A DNA stretch of 64,000 nucleotides from a candidate division CPR3 bacterium 4484_211. GTDB taxonomy: Bacteria; Patescibacteriota; 4484-211. How positions within the stretch are numbered: position 1 is the stretch's first letter; each line of letters begins with the position of its first letter. Shown here piece after piece: positions 1-9,208 of this stretch. Where the stretch lies: contig MZGJ01000004.1 of the NCBI GenBank assembly GCA_002084955.1, positions 3,155 through 67,154 of the forward strand, given 5' to 3'. The translations under genes were made by a program, and so were the position numbers. Below the pieces are notes generated by a model, which was not told where the DNA came from, did no database searches, and saw only the letters and a list, made by a program, of their open reading frames with translations.

Positions 1-373
1 TGATAGTTTTACTTCTAATGAGTTGGATAACAATGCAGGGATGAGTGACATTATGGACTTTCGGAAGAATTCCTTAGAGACAGCTTCTTCTTTGGTCTTT
101 ATTGTTCAAGGCAATCTTGATATTCAGCCTAGTGCTCGGGTTATTTACGGGATATATTTTGTGAATGGACAGATTTCTACTGGTAATTCTGATAACCGGT
201 TGTTTGTTTTTGGTTCTTTAACATCTTTGCCGGCGGGTTCACTTCAGTTGCAAAGAGATTTAGATGATAACAGTGTTCCCGGGGAAACGGTGATTTCTAT
301 GCCCAAGTACTACTTTAGTCTTCTTAACCTGGTTGGGGAGCCTATTATTACCTGGCAGGAAAGTTCTAGGTAA
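1..373 (+). CDS. C-terminal part of a large surface-type protein (gene probably begins before the window)
   Basis: The C-terminus (FIVQGNL..I..IYGIYFVNG..L.V.GSL...L.L.RDL....PGE...WQE) resembles that of the next ORF (LFVVEDDV..IDGVFLCNG..LNLKGGI...LGRDL...PAE...WRE), suggesting tandem paralogues. Confidence 0.55.
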   Translation, partial: DSFTSNELDNNAGMSDIMDFRKNSLETASSLVFIVQGNLDIQPSARVIYGIYFVNGQISTGNSDNRLFVFGSLTSLPAGSLQLQRDLDDNSVPGETVISMPKYYFSLLNLVGEPIITWQESSR

Positions 374-447
374 TTATTTCCCACCTTCTCTCTTTTTTTA
401 GAAAAGACTTGCGTATTTTTCTACTTTATCTGTATACTCTAGAGAGG

Positions 448-2310
448 ATGAAGTTCTTGACTCCTCCGGTTACCACGCACTCTCTATCTGGAGTTTTGGG
501 AAATAATGATTGGTATACTTCCACGGTAGATGTAACCTTGAGGGCTTCGGATATAGATTCGGGACCTAAATCAACTACCTATTGGCTGAATGCTTCCGAT
601 CCAGTTACCAAGACTCATACCTCCGGGCAGAATCAGATTGTTAATCCTTCTTTTGAAAACGGGTGGTTTTTTTCTATTAATAATTGGGCGCACAACAGCG
701 GGGCTGGTTTTTGGCAAAGTTGGGTTTTTCATAAGTTTGGCTGGAGATCGGCGGCCATTGGGAATTTACTAAGCGGCGATAAGTTTTTTTACTGGCATAA
801 CCGAGGAAGTTTTGTGCCCACGGCGGAAGGCGAGCATTATTCTGTGTCTGCCTGGGTGAAAACCTTTGATATCGGCGGATTGGGGGCCTGGTTTGAGATT
901 TGGGGCAGGGCGGCCGTTGGGGCTGACGATCAACTTATTGCCGCCAGTGGCAAAGTAAATGGAACTGTGGACTGGACTTTGCTGGAACAGTCTTTTACCA
1001 TGCCGGCGGGTTTTGAGGGTGTCTATGTTAAGCTGGGCATGAAAGATGAGGGCCTGGCGGGCCTGGCCTATTGGGATGGAGTAAGTTTGTACGGCGGGTA
1101 TTCAGCTTTAACAAGTTTTACGGTTGTTGAAAATGGCAGCCACACGCTTCACTACTACAGTGAAGACAATGCCGGTAATATAGAGAGTGAAAAGACCGCT
1201 CCCTTAAAGATTGATACCGTTCCTCCTCATGACTGGAATAATTTTACCTATCTTCCCGGAAGCAATGATCATTCCTATATTGCCTCTATTGAAGTCATTG
1301 ATGAGACTTCAGGTATTGATGTTTCTACGGCTACCTACCGGTGGTATACAGACCACCAAGATTGGGGTTGGAGTTGTGAATCAGAAGAAGAATGGGACCC
1401 GGTGGCGAGTGTTACTCGGGTAAGTGACGGCCTGGCGGCTTCTGATGGAGAAACAACCGAGGTTGAACTAACCACGCCGGAGATTGACTTTGGCAACTCG
1501 GCTACGGTGATGCGGGTGCAGTTTAGAGTTGGTGACATGGCGGGTAGCTCCGCGGACAGCCCGGTTTTAACCATTGAAGGGGCGTGGCTTCAGCTTGATG
1601 GTGGTTTTCTTTATTCTCAGGGTGAGATTTCCATGACAGCTGCCGCTCCGGCAGGGAAACACAATTCCAACAGTTTGGTATTAAGCGGCGGGCAGATTAT
1701 TGGTTTTGACACCTCTACTTCTTGGTTGGATACTTCCTATGCGCACAATTTTAGTTCGGCTGCTGGTGTTTCCGATATCTTGGAAGCTTATGATGATCTA
1801 AGAAGCCGTGCTTCTTCCCTGCCCGATAATAAGTTGCCCACTTCCAGCGGGGTTTATGTTTTTGATGGGGATTATGTTATTGACCACAATTCCACACCGT
1901 CTGGCTTTGAGGGTAATGAATTGGCGGCGGTAATTTTTATTGATGGAGATTTACTGGTAAAAAACGGATATTCTATGGATCCGTCTTCGGCGGTCTTGTT
2001 TGTGGTGGAAGATGATGTCGGGATAGCCGGGGCGGTTGAGGAGATAGATGGAGTATTTTTGTGTAATGGAGAGTTTGATACCAACTATGATAATAAGCTG
2101 CAAAAGCAGCTAAATCTTAAAGGAGGAATAGTTGCTTTGGGCGGCGTGATTTTGGGTCGTGATCTGGGGAGAAAGGGCTCTCCTTCCAACGGAGAGAGCC
2201 CGGCGGAATTAGTTAATTTGCCGGAAAGTTATTTTTTCAATGAAGAATTTGTGCGTCTGGTGGAGTCAAAAACCTCTGCTCACTATGAGTGGAGAGAAGT
2301 AGGCCCGTGA
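448..2310 (+). CDS. Modular surface protein: split Ig-like (OmpL47-type) domain with an inserted CBM4/9-like domain, plus a C-terminal beta domain
   Basis: Ig halves PPVTT..G.NDWY.S.V.VTL.A.D..SG and HTLHYYSED.AGN.E..KID..PP; CBM-like NPSFE..W..YSVSAWVKT..GT.DW..AYWDGV; TATACT lies 9 nt before ATG448. Confidence 0.6.
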   Translation: MKFLTPPVTTHSLSGVLGNNDWYTSTVDVTLRASDIDSGPKSTTYWLNASDPVTKTHTSGQNQIVNPSFENGWFFSINNWAHNSGAGFWQSWVFHKFGWRSAAIGNLLSGDKFFYWHNRGSFVPTAEGEHYSVSAWVKTFDIGGLGAWFEIWGRAAVGADDQLIAASGKVNGTVDWTLLEQSFTMPAGFEGVYVKLGMKDEGLAGLAYWDGVSLYGGYSALTSFTVVENGSHTLHYYSEDNAGNIESEKTAPLKIDTVPPHDWNNFTYLPGSNDHSYIASIEVIDETSGIDVSTATYRWYTDHQDWGWSCESEEEWDPVASVTRVSDGLAASDGETTEVELTTPEIDFGNSATVMRVQFRVGDMAGSSADSPVLTIEGAWLQLDGGFLYSQGEISMTAAAPAGKHNSNSLVLSGGQIIGFDTSTSWLDTSYAHNFSSAAGVSDILEAYDDLRSRASSLPDNKLPTSSGVYVFDGDYVIDHNSTPSGFEGNELAAVIFIDGDLLVKNGYSMDPSSAVLFVVEDDVGIAGAVEEIDGVFLCNGEFDTNYDNKLQKQLNLKGGIVALGGVILGRDLGRKGSPSNGESPAELVNLPESYFFNEEFVRLVESKTSAHYEWREVGP

Positions 2311-2381
2311 ACCTCTATTCCAATTTTAAGAATCAGAACCCGGCCAACAAGGCAGGCATCTTAAACATTGGGATTTTAAAT

Positions 2382-2897
2382 CTATTGTCGGTAGTATTCC
2401 CACGCCAATATCAATTCTTGGGCTAAATTATAGCCGGTCTTAAAATCGGCTAGTGCCTCCGCTCCCCTGCCCTTTTCTAGTTTTTCCTTTCCTTGCAGGT
2501 AAAAACTTTCTACGCTGACGGTGGGGATATTTTTCTTTTTCATTTGTAGTATTGTTTCCGAAAGCATCAAGGCGGCCTGGTTGGGGTTGGTGGTAAGCAG
2601 TGTTTTCGGGATGATCGGAGTAATAGGGGTAGGGATTTGTGTAGGTGTGGGTTCCGGGTTAGGCGTCGGTTTGCTTTGTTTGTTGATCAAGTCCAGCCGC
2701 GAAGCAAAATTATTTAGGATGCGGCTGGTTAAGGTCCAAAACCTGCTTTGGTTGGGCTGAGGTTTTTGGGCTTTGTTGTACTGGTGGATTACTGTACAGA
2801 AGAATGCCGTTAGAATTAGAATAAATAGAAGCAGGAGAATACCAATTCCCTTTTTGTTATACCTAATGCGCAGTTGGGGAGAAAATTTTCCGGGCAT
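2382..2897 (-). CDS. Hypothetical single-pass membrane protein with Pro/Thr linker
   Basis: N-terminal hydrophobic segment, PTPNPEPTPT linker, helical C-terminus. Confidence 0.55.
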   Translation of the reverse strand: MPGKFSPQLRIRYNKKGIGILLLLFILILTAFFCTVIHQYNKAQKPQPNQSRFWTLTSRILNNFASRLDLINKQSKPTPNPEPTPTQIPTPITPIIPKTLLTTNPNQAALMLSETILQMKKKNIPTVSVESFYLQGKEKLEKGRGAEALADFKTGYNLAQELILAWEYYRQ

Positions 2898-2917
2898 GTG
2901 CCTTTATTCTATCATCC

Positions 2918-2997
2918 AAAATTTAAATAACCAAGATTTTTCTGTGTTTGAAATTTATCATTTGGACTTGGTTTAACATTTGGCGTTTTTTTAATTG
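2918..2997 (-). repeat. Heptamer-repeat element, partial copy
   Basis: Aligns without gaps over about 70 nt to 61291-61360, with about 11 mismatches, mostly transitions. Confidence 0.75.
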
Positions 2998-3053
2998 GCC
3001 GTTTCGCGACCTCTCCCCTCCTTCAAGGGCATAGTCCTGCAAGAAAAGAAACT

Positions 3054-3080
3054 ACCGCTTCCTGGGCGGTGGAGCTTCAC
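3054..3080 (+). mobile_element. IS200/IS605-type end remnant
   Basis: ACCGCTTCCTGGGCGGT hairpin followed by GGAGCTTCAC; a similar copy lies at 9086-9116; no tnpA or tnpB adjacent. Confidence 0.45.
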
Positions 3081-3118
3081 AATTGAATTATGGCTGGGAC
3101 ATAAATGTCTAGAATCGT

Positions 3119-3173
3119 TGTAGTAGCGCAATTTATTGCGCGCTCTTCGCGCGGACTAAAGTCCGCTATTACA
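3119..3173. repeat. GTAG-type REP doublet (REPIN-like)
   Basis: Ends TGTAGTAGCG and CGCTATTACA enclose the hairpins GCGCAATTTATTGCGC and GCGGACTAAAGTCCGC. Confidence 0.6.
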
Positions 3174-3325
3174 GGCGAAACAGGGAATTATGCAGGGAAT
3201 TATGTCCCGGTCACAATTGAATTTTGAAATTATGTTCTGGACACCGCACACAGTTTGATTGACTTTACCCCTGTATAGTTGTTATTCTTTTACCAAGGCG
3301 TTTTTTTACGCTCTTCTGACTAATT

Positions 3326-6300
3326 ATGGTTGACCTATCTAAAGTGAAAGATGGCTTGTTAAATAAAGGATTGCGGTCGACTGCATTGCTAAAGGGCTCG
3401 AAGAGAAAATTTCTCTATTTAGGTGCCATCCTTTTTGTTCTTGTAATTTTTTTAATTCCCATAAGAAGAAAGTTTTTGATTAATCGTTTAGCCGAATGGA
3501 GAGGGTTGGGGGCAGGGAATCTGGTACCCAACTCTTCGTTTGAAAAAGGATCTGGGGGAATGCCCGAAGGCTGGAGGCGGGTGTCGGGAAGTGTTCAAGG
3601 GGTGTTTGATGATAGGGGTGAAGTTTTGCAGGCGGCGGCTGCTAATTTTACCCGTAATGATGAAACCGCTGTAATGTACGGGACACATGAAATTGCCTTG
3701 GTTGGTGACGGGTCGTATGATGTTGACAATCTCTTTGCTCTTGACGTTGAAGTGTCCTTTACCGCTCCCTCCGGTCTTATTAAAACAGTGGCTGCTTTTT
3801 ATGATGGTGATGATAATTGGCGGGCGCGGGTTTATGTTGATGAAACTGGTACTTGGTCTTGGAGTTCCTCGTCATCGGAGGGCAGTCTTAACGGGGAGGG
3901 AGGAAATTTCTTTGCTCAATCATCGAATTTGCGGGGTATGCTCAGGAAGCATAGTCAAAATTCAAGGCAATTGGTAACCGATGATGGACAAACGTTTATT
4001 AATGTTGCTGATACTGCTTATTTCTTTTTTACGCCGTCGGAAACAGATTGGAGGGAGTATTTACGTCAGGATGCGGATCATGGTATTACCTCGATTAGGA
4101 GTGACGCCTTGGGCGGAGGTTTAAGTTGGGATATGTATTGGACTGATGATTCAAGGACTCAGTTTGATCTACCTAATTTCCAGAATATGGACGAGAGAGT
4201 TCAGTGGTTGCTTGATAATTATCCGGATATTCAGGTGCAGGTGAAATTATTGCCAGGTCCCAGCAGTTACGGGGCTGATGAGGCTGTTTGGCCGACGTTA
4301 CCCCAATCGGTTCGCGAGAATCTGTTGAGTTATATGATTAGTCGCTGGGCAGCTTATCCCAATCTTTTTTTTGAGGTGACCAATGACACTCGATGTTCTT
4401 CTGCCTATCCAAATACCCGCAGTATGGCAGATGAAGTTGGTAATTACTTTCTTGCTCATGACCCTTGGCGACACCTGATATCGTTTGGCCCCACACGCGA
4501 TGCAGAGTTCTGTTTTACTGAGGCTGATTGGGTGGGTTATATCGCTTTAGAGACATCCTACGATTTGTCAGCCGACTGGGTTGATAACTACATTTCGGAG
4601 CCGTTGCATGTTTTTAGTGAAGAAGATTATTATGAAACCTACAATACACCTCTTCATCCACGGTATTTCTATAGAAGGTTAGTTTGGTCTTGGTTGCTTT
4701 CTGGCGGTTCTGCTACCTATGGCGGCGATTGGGACACCCTAACTCCTTATTCACAGTCAGATCTATCTGGGATGGATTCTTTTCCTTATATTGTTTCTTA
4801 TTTCCGAGAACGGGGGATAGATCTGGCTTTGTTTACGCCTGATGATAGTTTGGCCGCGCAGATTAATGCGCCTTCTCCGGAGGGGAATAGCGGGCCAAGC
4901 AGAGCTCAGGTAGCTCGGCGTGAATATGATGAGTTTCTTATTTATGTCCCCAATTCGGAGGATGGTGAGGTGTCCGGTTTTTTGGAGGGAACAAGGTCTA
5001 GTGCGGAGAGGAGTCGGCAGGAAGCGGCACTTAATACGGATGTTACGCCCGAGATTCAGTTAGATCTACGGAGTGCCTTGGGGGAATTTACGGTAGAATG
5101 GTATCGTCCCTATGATGGCTTGGTGCAAACTGGCGGAGTGGTTAATGGCGGTGATTACCGTCAGCTTACTTCTCCGTGGCGGGGGTATGATGTAGTTGTT
5201 AGATTGGTTTTAAGTGCTTCTGCTACTCCTACGCCGATACCTACCCCCTCCCCCTCCCCTACTCCGGCTCCTTCTTGTGAATTTACCTGGCCGGCGCAGC
5301 CGGCGCATAGTGGAGATAGTGCCGTTAGGATTCATGGGAATAGCAGTAGTGCAGATTGCCGAATGGAGATGATAGAGGCAGTAGAAGTATCCCCGAGCAG
5401 CTGGTACGATTTTGGGGGATGGATTAGGACAATAGGCCTTTCGGGAGAAGCGCGCTATCGGTTGATTTTTTATTCGGATGAGGCGGGAGAGAATGAGATG
5501 GGTTTTGCAGACACGCAGGGGATAAGCGGGACAACAGAAAATCCGGATGAAAACGGGTATGTTGAGGCAAGCCGGAGTGTTATGCCTCCAGGGAGTGCGC
5601 GGTCGGTGCGGGTGCAGGCTGTCCTAAATGGCTCGGGGACGGCCTGGTTTGATGATGTCTGGTTAAATCAGGTAGGTGGTCCAACCCCATCACCGACTCC
5701 ATTTTTGTCATCGACGCCTAGCCCCACCCCAACTCCTCCCGAGTGTACCTATGAGGTCAGCAGCAATGCAGAGCTTGCCAGTGCCAACAGTGCTGTACAG
5801 GCGGGAGAAGTGGTTTGTTTGCATGAGGGTTCATATTCTACACCGATTGAACCCCTAAATTCAGGTTCGTCCGGGTACTATATTACCTATCGCTCCTTTA
5901 CTGGGGAAGAGCCAGTTGTTACCGCACGGTCGCATCTGGATGATAAAAGCTATTTGGTAATTAGCGGTATCAGTCTTGCTTCTGATGGTCATACTTGGTT
6001 AAGCACCAATGCCAATTCTCACCATGTAGAGATAATCAACTGCAGTTTTGATTCCTCGGAGGGGGGGAGTTGGAATGGGATTTATCTTTACTATTCGGAG
6101 TACATTACCCTGCGAGGGTGTAAGTTTGGCAGCTGGTGGTATGGTAATGCGATTACGGTCAGTGGGGGCTCGCATATTTTAATTGAAGGCAACGATTTTT
6201 CTCAGGCGGCGGCTGATCATGGATTGGTGATTCTCGGGGCTTCCCATTCGGTTATTCGCAACAACTATTTTCGCAATCCCTGGGATCGGGCTATTTCGGC

Positions 6301-7846
6301 AAGGTGGACAGGTGACGAAGTTGCCGAGAATGTTTTGATAGAAGGTAATTTGTTTATCGATAACGATTGGAACAGGCTTGATCCGCACCCGGGCGAAGGC
6401 TCGAGTCGCGGCTCTATCCAGACGATGAAATTTGATGTTTCCAGGGGGATATTTAGAAATAATCTTTTGGTCCTTTCTAATCAGGGCAAAGACTATGAAT
6501 ATCACTCTAATATCTCTATGGCCACATACGGTGATGCTCATTATCTGGAGCATTTAAGAATTTATCACAATACTATGCATAGGAATAAGGGTAATACTCT
6601 TTGGTTTTCCTTTTTACCGGATCGAGATGAATATGTTTATGGGGATGATAATCGGGTCAAGAACAATATCATCACCCAGTATAACCTCCGCCCGGAGTAC
6701 ACCGATTATTCCATAAATATTGCCAGCAGTAGTCTGCCCTGGCAGACTTTCCGTTTTGAAAATAACCTCCTTTGGGATACAGACAAACAGGAGACTATTT
6801 ATATAGATGATGCCGGCAGTGCTCAGTCGGTGACTACTGCCGAGGCTAACCACGCCGAGCAGTTTAGGGATAACCATTTTGCCGCCCCAATTTTTGTTGA
6901 TGATTCTATTTTGGATGAGGCCGATCTGCGGCCCGAGAGTTATAATTTAGATAATTTAAGGGATTTCTTTTGTGCCTTGTCTCTTCAAGATTCTAGTCCG
7001 GGAAGACGGGAAGCGGCTCCCATAAGTGTAGTAACTCAGTCGGTTAGCGGAGCAACAAGTATTCCCGTGGACGATGCCTTTTACTTTTCTAATGGCAACG
7101 GGGTAGTCGCTGGAGATGGTCTTGTTTTTGCCTCTGGTGATTTTGCTGTGGTAAGTGAAATTCCCGATCAGAATACACTTGTTGTGGACAGGCCGGTTTC
7201 GGTTAGTGAGGGAGAGGGTGTTTATCTGTCGGTGGCTGGTGTTGCCCCAGATGTAGGTGCCTATGGCTGCCGTGCTCTTTCTCCTACTTCTACTCCTACT
7301 TTCACTCCAGCGCCTACTGGTGGGGGGCCGGGGGCGACGGCTACTCCACATCCAACCTCGCCCCCGGCGGCAACTTCCACACCGGCGCCAAGTTCAACTC
7401 CTTTGCCGAGTCCTACGCCGGAATTAACAACTACGCCGGAGCCGACATCTCCACCGGGGCCGACATCTCCACCACTGCCAACTTCTACTCCGGCGCCCAC
7501 TCCCACGCCGTTTCCAGCCTGTGAAGATCAGACCTACCCGGAGTGCTTTGGTGAGTGCGTGGGGGTTTCTATTTTTCGCAGATGTCTTAATTTTAATCAT
7601 TTTATTAATTTAGCAATTTCCTGGGCGGTGTTGTTGGCGCCTCTTTTCTGTTTGGTGCGGCTGGCTATTGGGATCCTGGGCTATATGACGGCTACGGGAG
7701 ATACCAAGAAAATGGAAGAATCCAGGACGACGATGGTTTATGCCCTAGGGGGCTTAATTTTAATCGGTGTAGCCTGGGTATTCTTGAGACTGGCCAACAT
7801 TTTTACTCTCCCCTTCTCCGGCTGGCAGATGTGGTTTGGAGGATGA
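3326..7846 (+). CDS. 1506-aa membrane-anchored protein: DUF5060/DUF4038-like glycoside hydrolase, collagen-binding-like domain, CBM-like domain, right-handed beta-helix, Pro/Thr stalk and C-terminal VirB2/TrbC-like pilin
   Basis: N-terminal TM; FYDG..WRARV..G.W.W; DG..F...DTAY; YMISRW.AYPN.F.EV.ND; EWY.P.DG; beta-helix repeats (IRNNYF, IEGNLF, IYHNT, VKNNI); C-terminal GYMTATGD.KK...R..M.YA.GGL.LI. Confidence 0.7.
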   Translation: MVDLSKVKDGLLNKGLRSTALLKGSKRKFLYLGAILFVLVIFLIPIRRKFLINRLAEWRGLGAGNLVPNSSFEKGSGGMPEGWRRVSGSVQGVFDDRGEVLQAAAANFTRNDETAVMYGTHEIALVGDGSYDVDNLFALDVEVSFTAPSGLIKTVAAFYDGDDNWRARVYVDETGTWSWSSSSSEGSLNGEGGNFFAQSSNLRGMLRKHSQNSRQLVTDDGQTFINVADTAYFFFTPSETDWREYLRQDADHGITSIRSDALGGGLSWDMYWTDDSRTQFDLPNFQNMDERVQWLLDNYPDIQVQVKLLPGPSSYGADEAVWPTLPQSVRENLLSYMISRWAAYPNLFFEVTNDTRCSSAYPNTRSMADEVGNYFLAHDPWRHLISFGPTRDAEFCFTEADWVGYIALETSYDLSADWVDNYISEPLHVFSEEDYYETYNTPLHPRYFYRRLVWSWLLSGGSATYGGDWDTLTPYSQSDLSGMDSFPYIVSYFRERGIDLALFTPDDSLAAQINAPSPEGNSGPSRAQVARREYDEFLIYVPNSEDGEVSGFLEGTRSSAERSRQEAALNTDVTPEIQLDLRSALGEFTVEWYRPYDGLVQTGGVVNGGDYRQLTSPWRGYDVVVRLVLSASATPTPIPTPSPSPTPAPSCEFTWPAQPAHSGDSAVRIHGNSSSADCRMEMIEAVEVSPSSWYDFGGWIRTIGLSGEARYRLIFYSDEAGENEMGFADTQGISGTTENPDENGYVEASRSVMPPGSARSVRVQAVLNGSGTAWFDDVWLNQVGGPTPSPTPFLSSTPSPTPTPPECTYEVSSNAELASANSAVQAGEVVCLHEGSYSTPIEPLNSGSSGYYITYRSFTGEEPVVTARSHLDDKSYLVISGISLASDGHTWLSTNANSHHVEIINCSFDSSEGGSWNGIYLYYSEYITLRGCKFGSWWYGNAITVSGGSHILIEGNDFSQAAADHGLVILGASHSVIRNNYFRNPWDRAISARWTGDEVAENVLIEGNLFIDNDWNRLDPHPGEGSSRGSIQTMKFDVSRGIFRNNLLVLSNQGKDYEYHSNISMATYGDAHYLEHLRIYHNTMHRNKGNTLWFSFLPDRDEYVYGDDNRVKNNIITQYNLRPEYTDYSINIASSSLPWQTFRFENNLLWDTDKQETIYIDDAGSAQSVTTAEANHAEQFRDNHFAAPIFVDDSILDEADLRPESYNLDNLRDFFCALSLQDSSPGRREAAPISVVTQSVSGATSIPVDDAFYFSNGNGVVAGDGLVFASGDFAVVSEIPDQNTLVVDRPVSVSEGEGVYLSVAGVAPDVGAYGCRALSPTSTPTFTPAPTGGGPGATATPHPTSPPAATSTPAPSSTPLPSPTPELTTTPEPTSPPGPTSPPLPTSTPAPTPTPFPACEDQTYPECFGECVGVSIFRRCLNFNHFINLAISWAVLLAPLFCLVRLAIGILGYMTATGDTKKMEESRTTMVYALGGLILIGVAWVFLRLANIFTLPFSGWQMWFGG

Positions 7847-7972
7847 GCTAAGTTTTTTATGCTTGACATTTCCTGTTTGGAAAAGGTAGGATGATGTAGG
7901 ATGCCCGTTAAAGAATGGTTTTAGCGGGTGGTTTTTGATTGATCCGATCCGTGTTGGATCGGATGTTATTAA

Positions 7973-9031
7973 ATGATGCAATTTTTTGGTTTGGACTTTG
8001 GTACGCACACTCTTAAGGCGGTGGAGTTGAGTTACTCTAAGGGTGGTAAGCCTCAACTGGTTGCTTTTGGTTCTGTTCCGGCGCCGGAGAAAAGCATAGA
8101 ATCTGATTCCTCCATTGATCAAGCGGATTTAATTAAATCAATTAAAAGCCTTCTAAAAGAAAGCGGGGTTAAATCCCGCAAAGTGGTCACCGCTTTCCCT
8201 GAGTCTAAAATTTTTAGTCGGGTTATTGAATTTCCGCCTTTAAGCGGGCAGGAATTAAATAATGCCATTGAATGGGAGTCGGAGCGATTTGTCCCTTTAC
8301 CAAAAGATAAGGTAAAAATTAGTTGGATGATTTTGGAAGAAGGTCAAAAACCGCAGGGGGAAAATTCACCCGGGAAAAAAATGAGGATATTTCTGGTGGC
8401 AGCCCCCCTGGATTTAGTTGAACGCTACCTAAATATTATGGAAGGAGCGGGTTTAGAACCGATAGCTTTTGAGTCGGAAATAATTGGGGTGGTAAGGGCT
8501 TTGTCTTTGGGTATGCAGGAAGGGCCGACAACTTTAATTATTTCTCTGGGAGCAAAGACTACTGATCTGTGCATTGTTGACGGCGGCATAATTCAGTTTA
8601 CGCGGAGTATCGGGACAGGCGGCGTAGCTCTGGCCAGGGCTATTGAGCGAGAATTGGGATTTGAGCTGAGTCAGGCCGAAGAATATAAACGAGCCTATGG
8701 TCTTTTGGAAGATAAGTTGGAAGGGAAAATATTGAAAGTGGTTAAACCGGTTTTTGATATTATTGTTAATGAAATCGAAAGGGCGGTTATTTCTTACCAG
8801 ACTAAGATGCCCATGCGGCCGGTTAAAAGGGTTGTCCTTACGGGGGGAACATCTCAATTGCCTGGGGTGGTGGTGTATCTGGCAGAAAGTTTGGGCATTG
8901 AGGTGCAAATTGGCGATCCCTGGATTGGTATTTCTGTGCCGCCTCAATTTGAGACCGAAATTCATTCTCTGGAAAACCAAACCCGATATGCGGTGGCTGT
9001 GGGTTTGGCTCTCAAGAAGTTTGAGAGATAA
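7973..9031 (+). CDS. pilM: Type IV pilus assembly protein PilM
   Basis: GLDFGTHTLKAVEL actin-like motif, VLTGGTS.LPG, C-terminal YAVAVGLALK. Confidence 0.92.
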   Translation: MMQFFGLDFGTHTLKAVELSYSKGGKPQLVAFGSVPAPEKSIESDSSIDQADLIKSIKSLLKESGVKSRKVVTAFPESKIFSRVIEFPPLSGQELNNAIEWESERFVPLPKDKVKISWMILEEGQKPQGENSPGKKMRIFLVAAPLDLVERYLNIMEGAGLEPIAFESEIIGVVRALSLGMQEGPTTLIISLGAKTTDLCIVDGGIIQFTRSIGTGGVALARAIERELGFELSQAEEYKRAYGLLEDKLEGKILKVVKPVFDIIVNEIERAVISYQTKMPMRPVKRVVLTGGTSQLPGVVVYLAESLGIEVQIGDPWIGISVPPQFETEIHSLENQTRYAVAVGLALKKFER

Positions 9032-9085
9032 TTGTGCTGATTAAGATAGAATGTCCTTTTTTAAATGACCAAAACTTTCCCGTGT

Positions 9086-9116
9086 TGCGTCCGCTTTCAG
9101 GGCGGGGAAGCTTTAC
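9086..9116 (+). mobile_element. IS200/IS605-type end remnant
   Basis: GTCCGCTTTCAGGGCGGGG hairpin followed by AAGCTTTAC. Confidence 0.45.
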
Positions 9117-9208
9117 AGTAAAATAAATGGCAAAGAGGGTTTTTGTTTTGAGTTGACTGTAGAAATTGGGTCGATAAGGCATTTTGTGCTTTGGTTTTCT
9201 TCTGGGAT

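Noticed and set aside
7270-7520. CRISPR-like or tandem DNA array
   Set aside because: The repeats encode the Pro/Thr linker of the large protein; there is no constant repeat-spacer period and no cas gene
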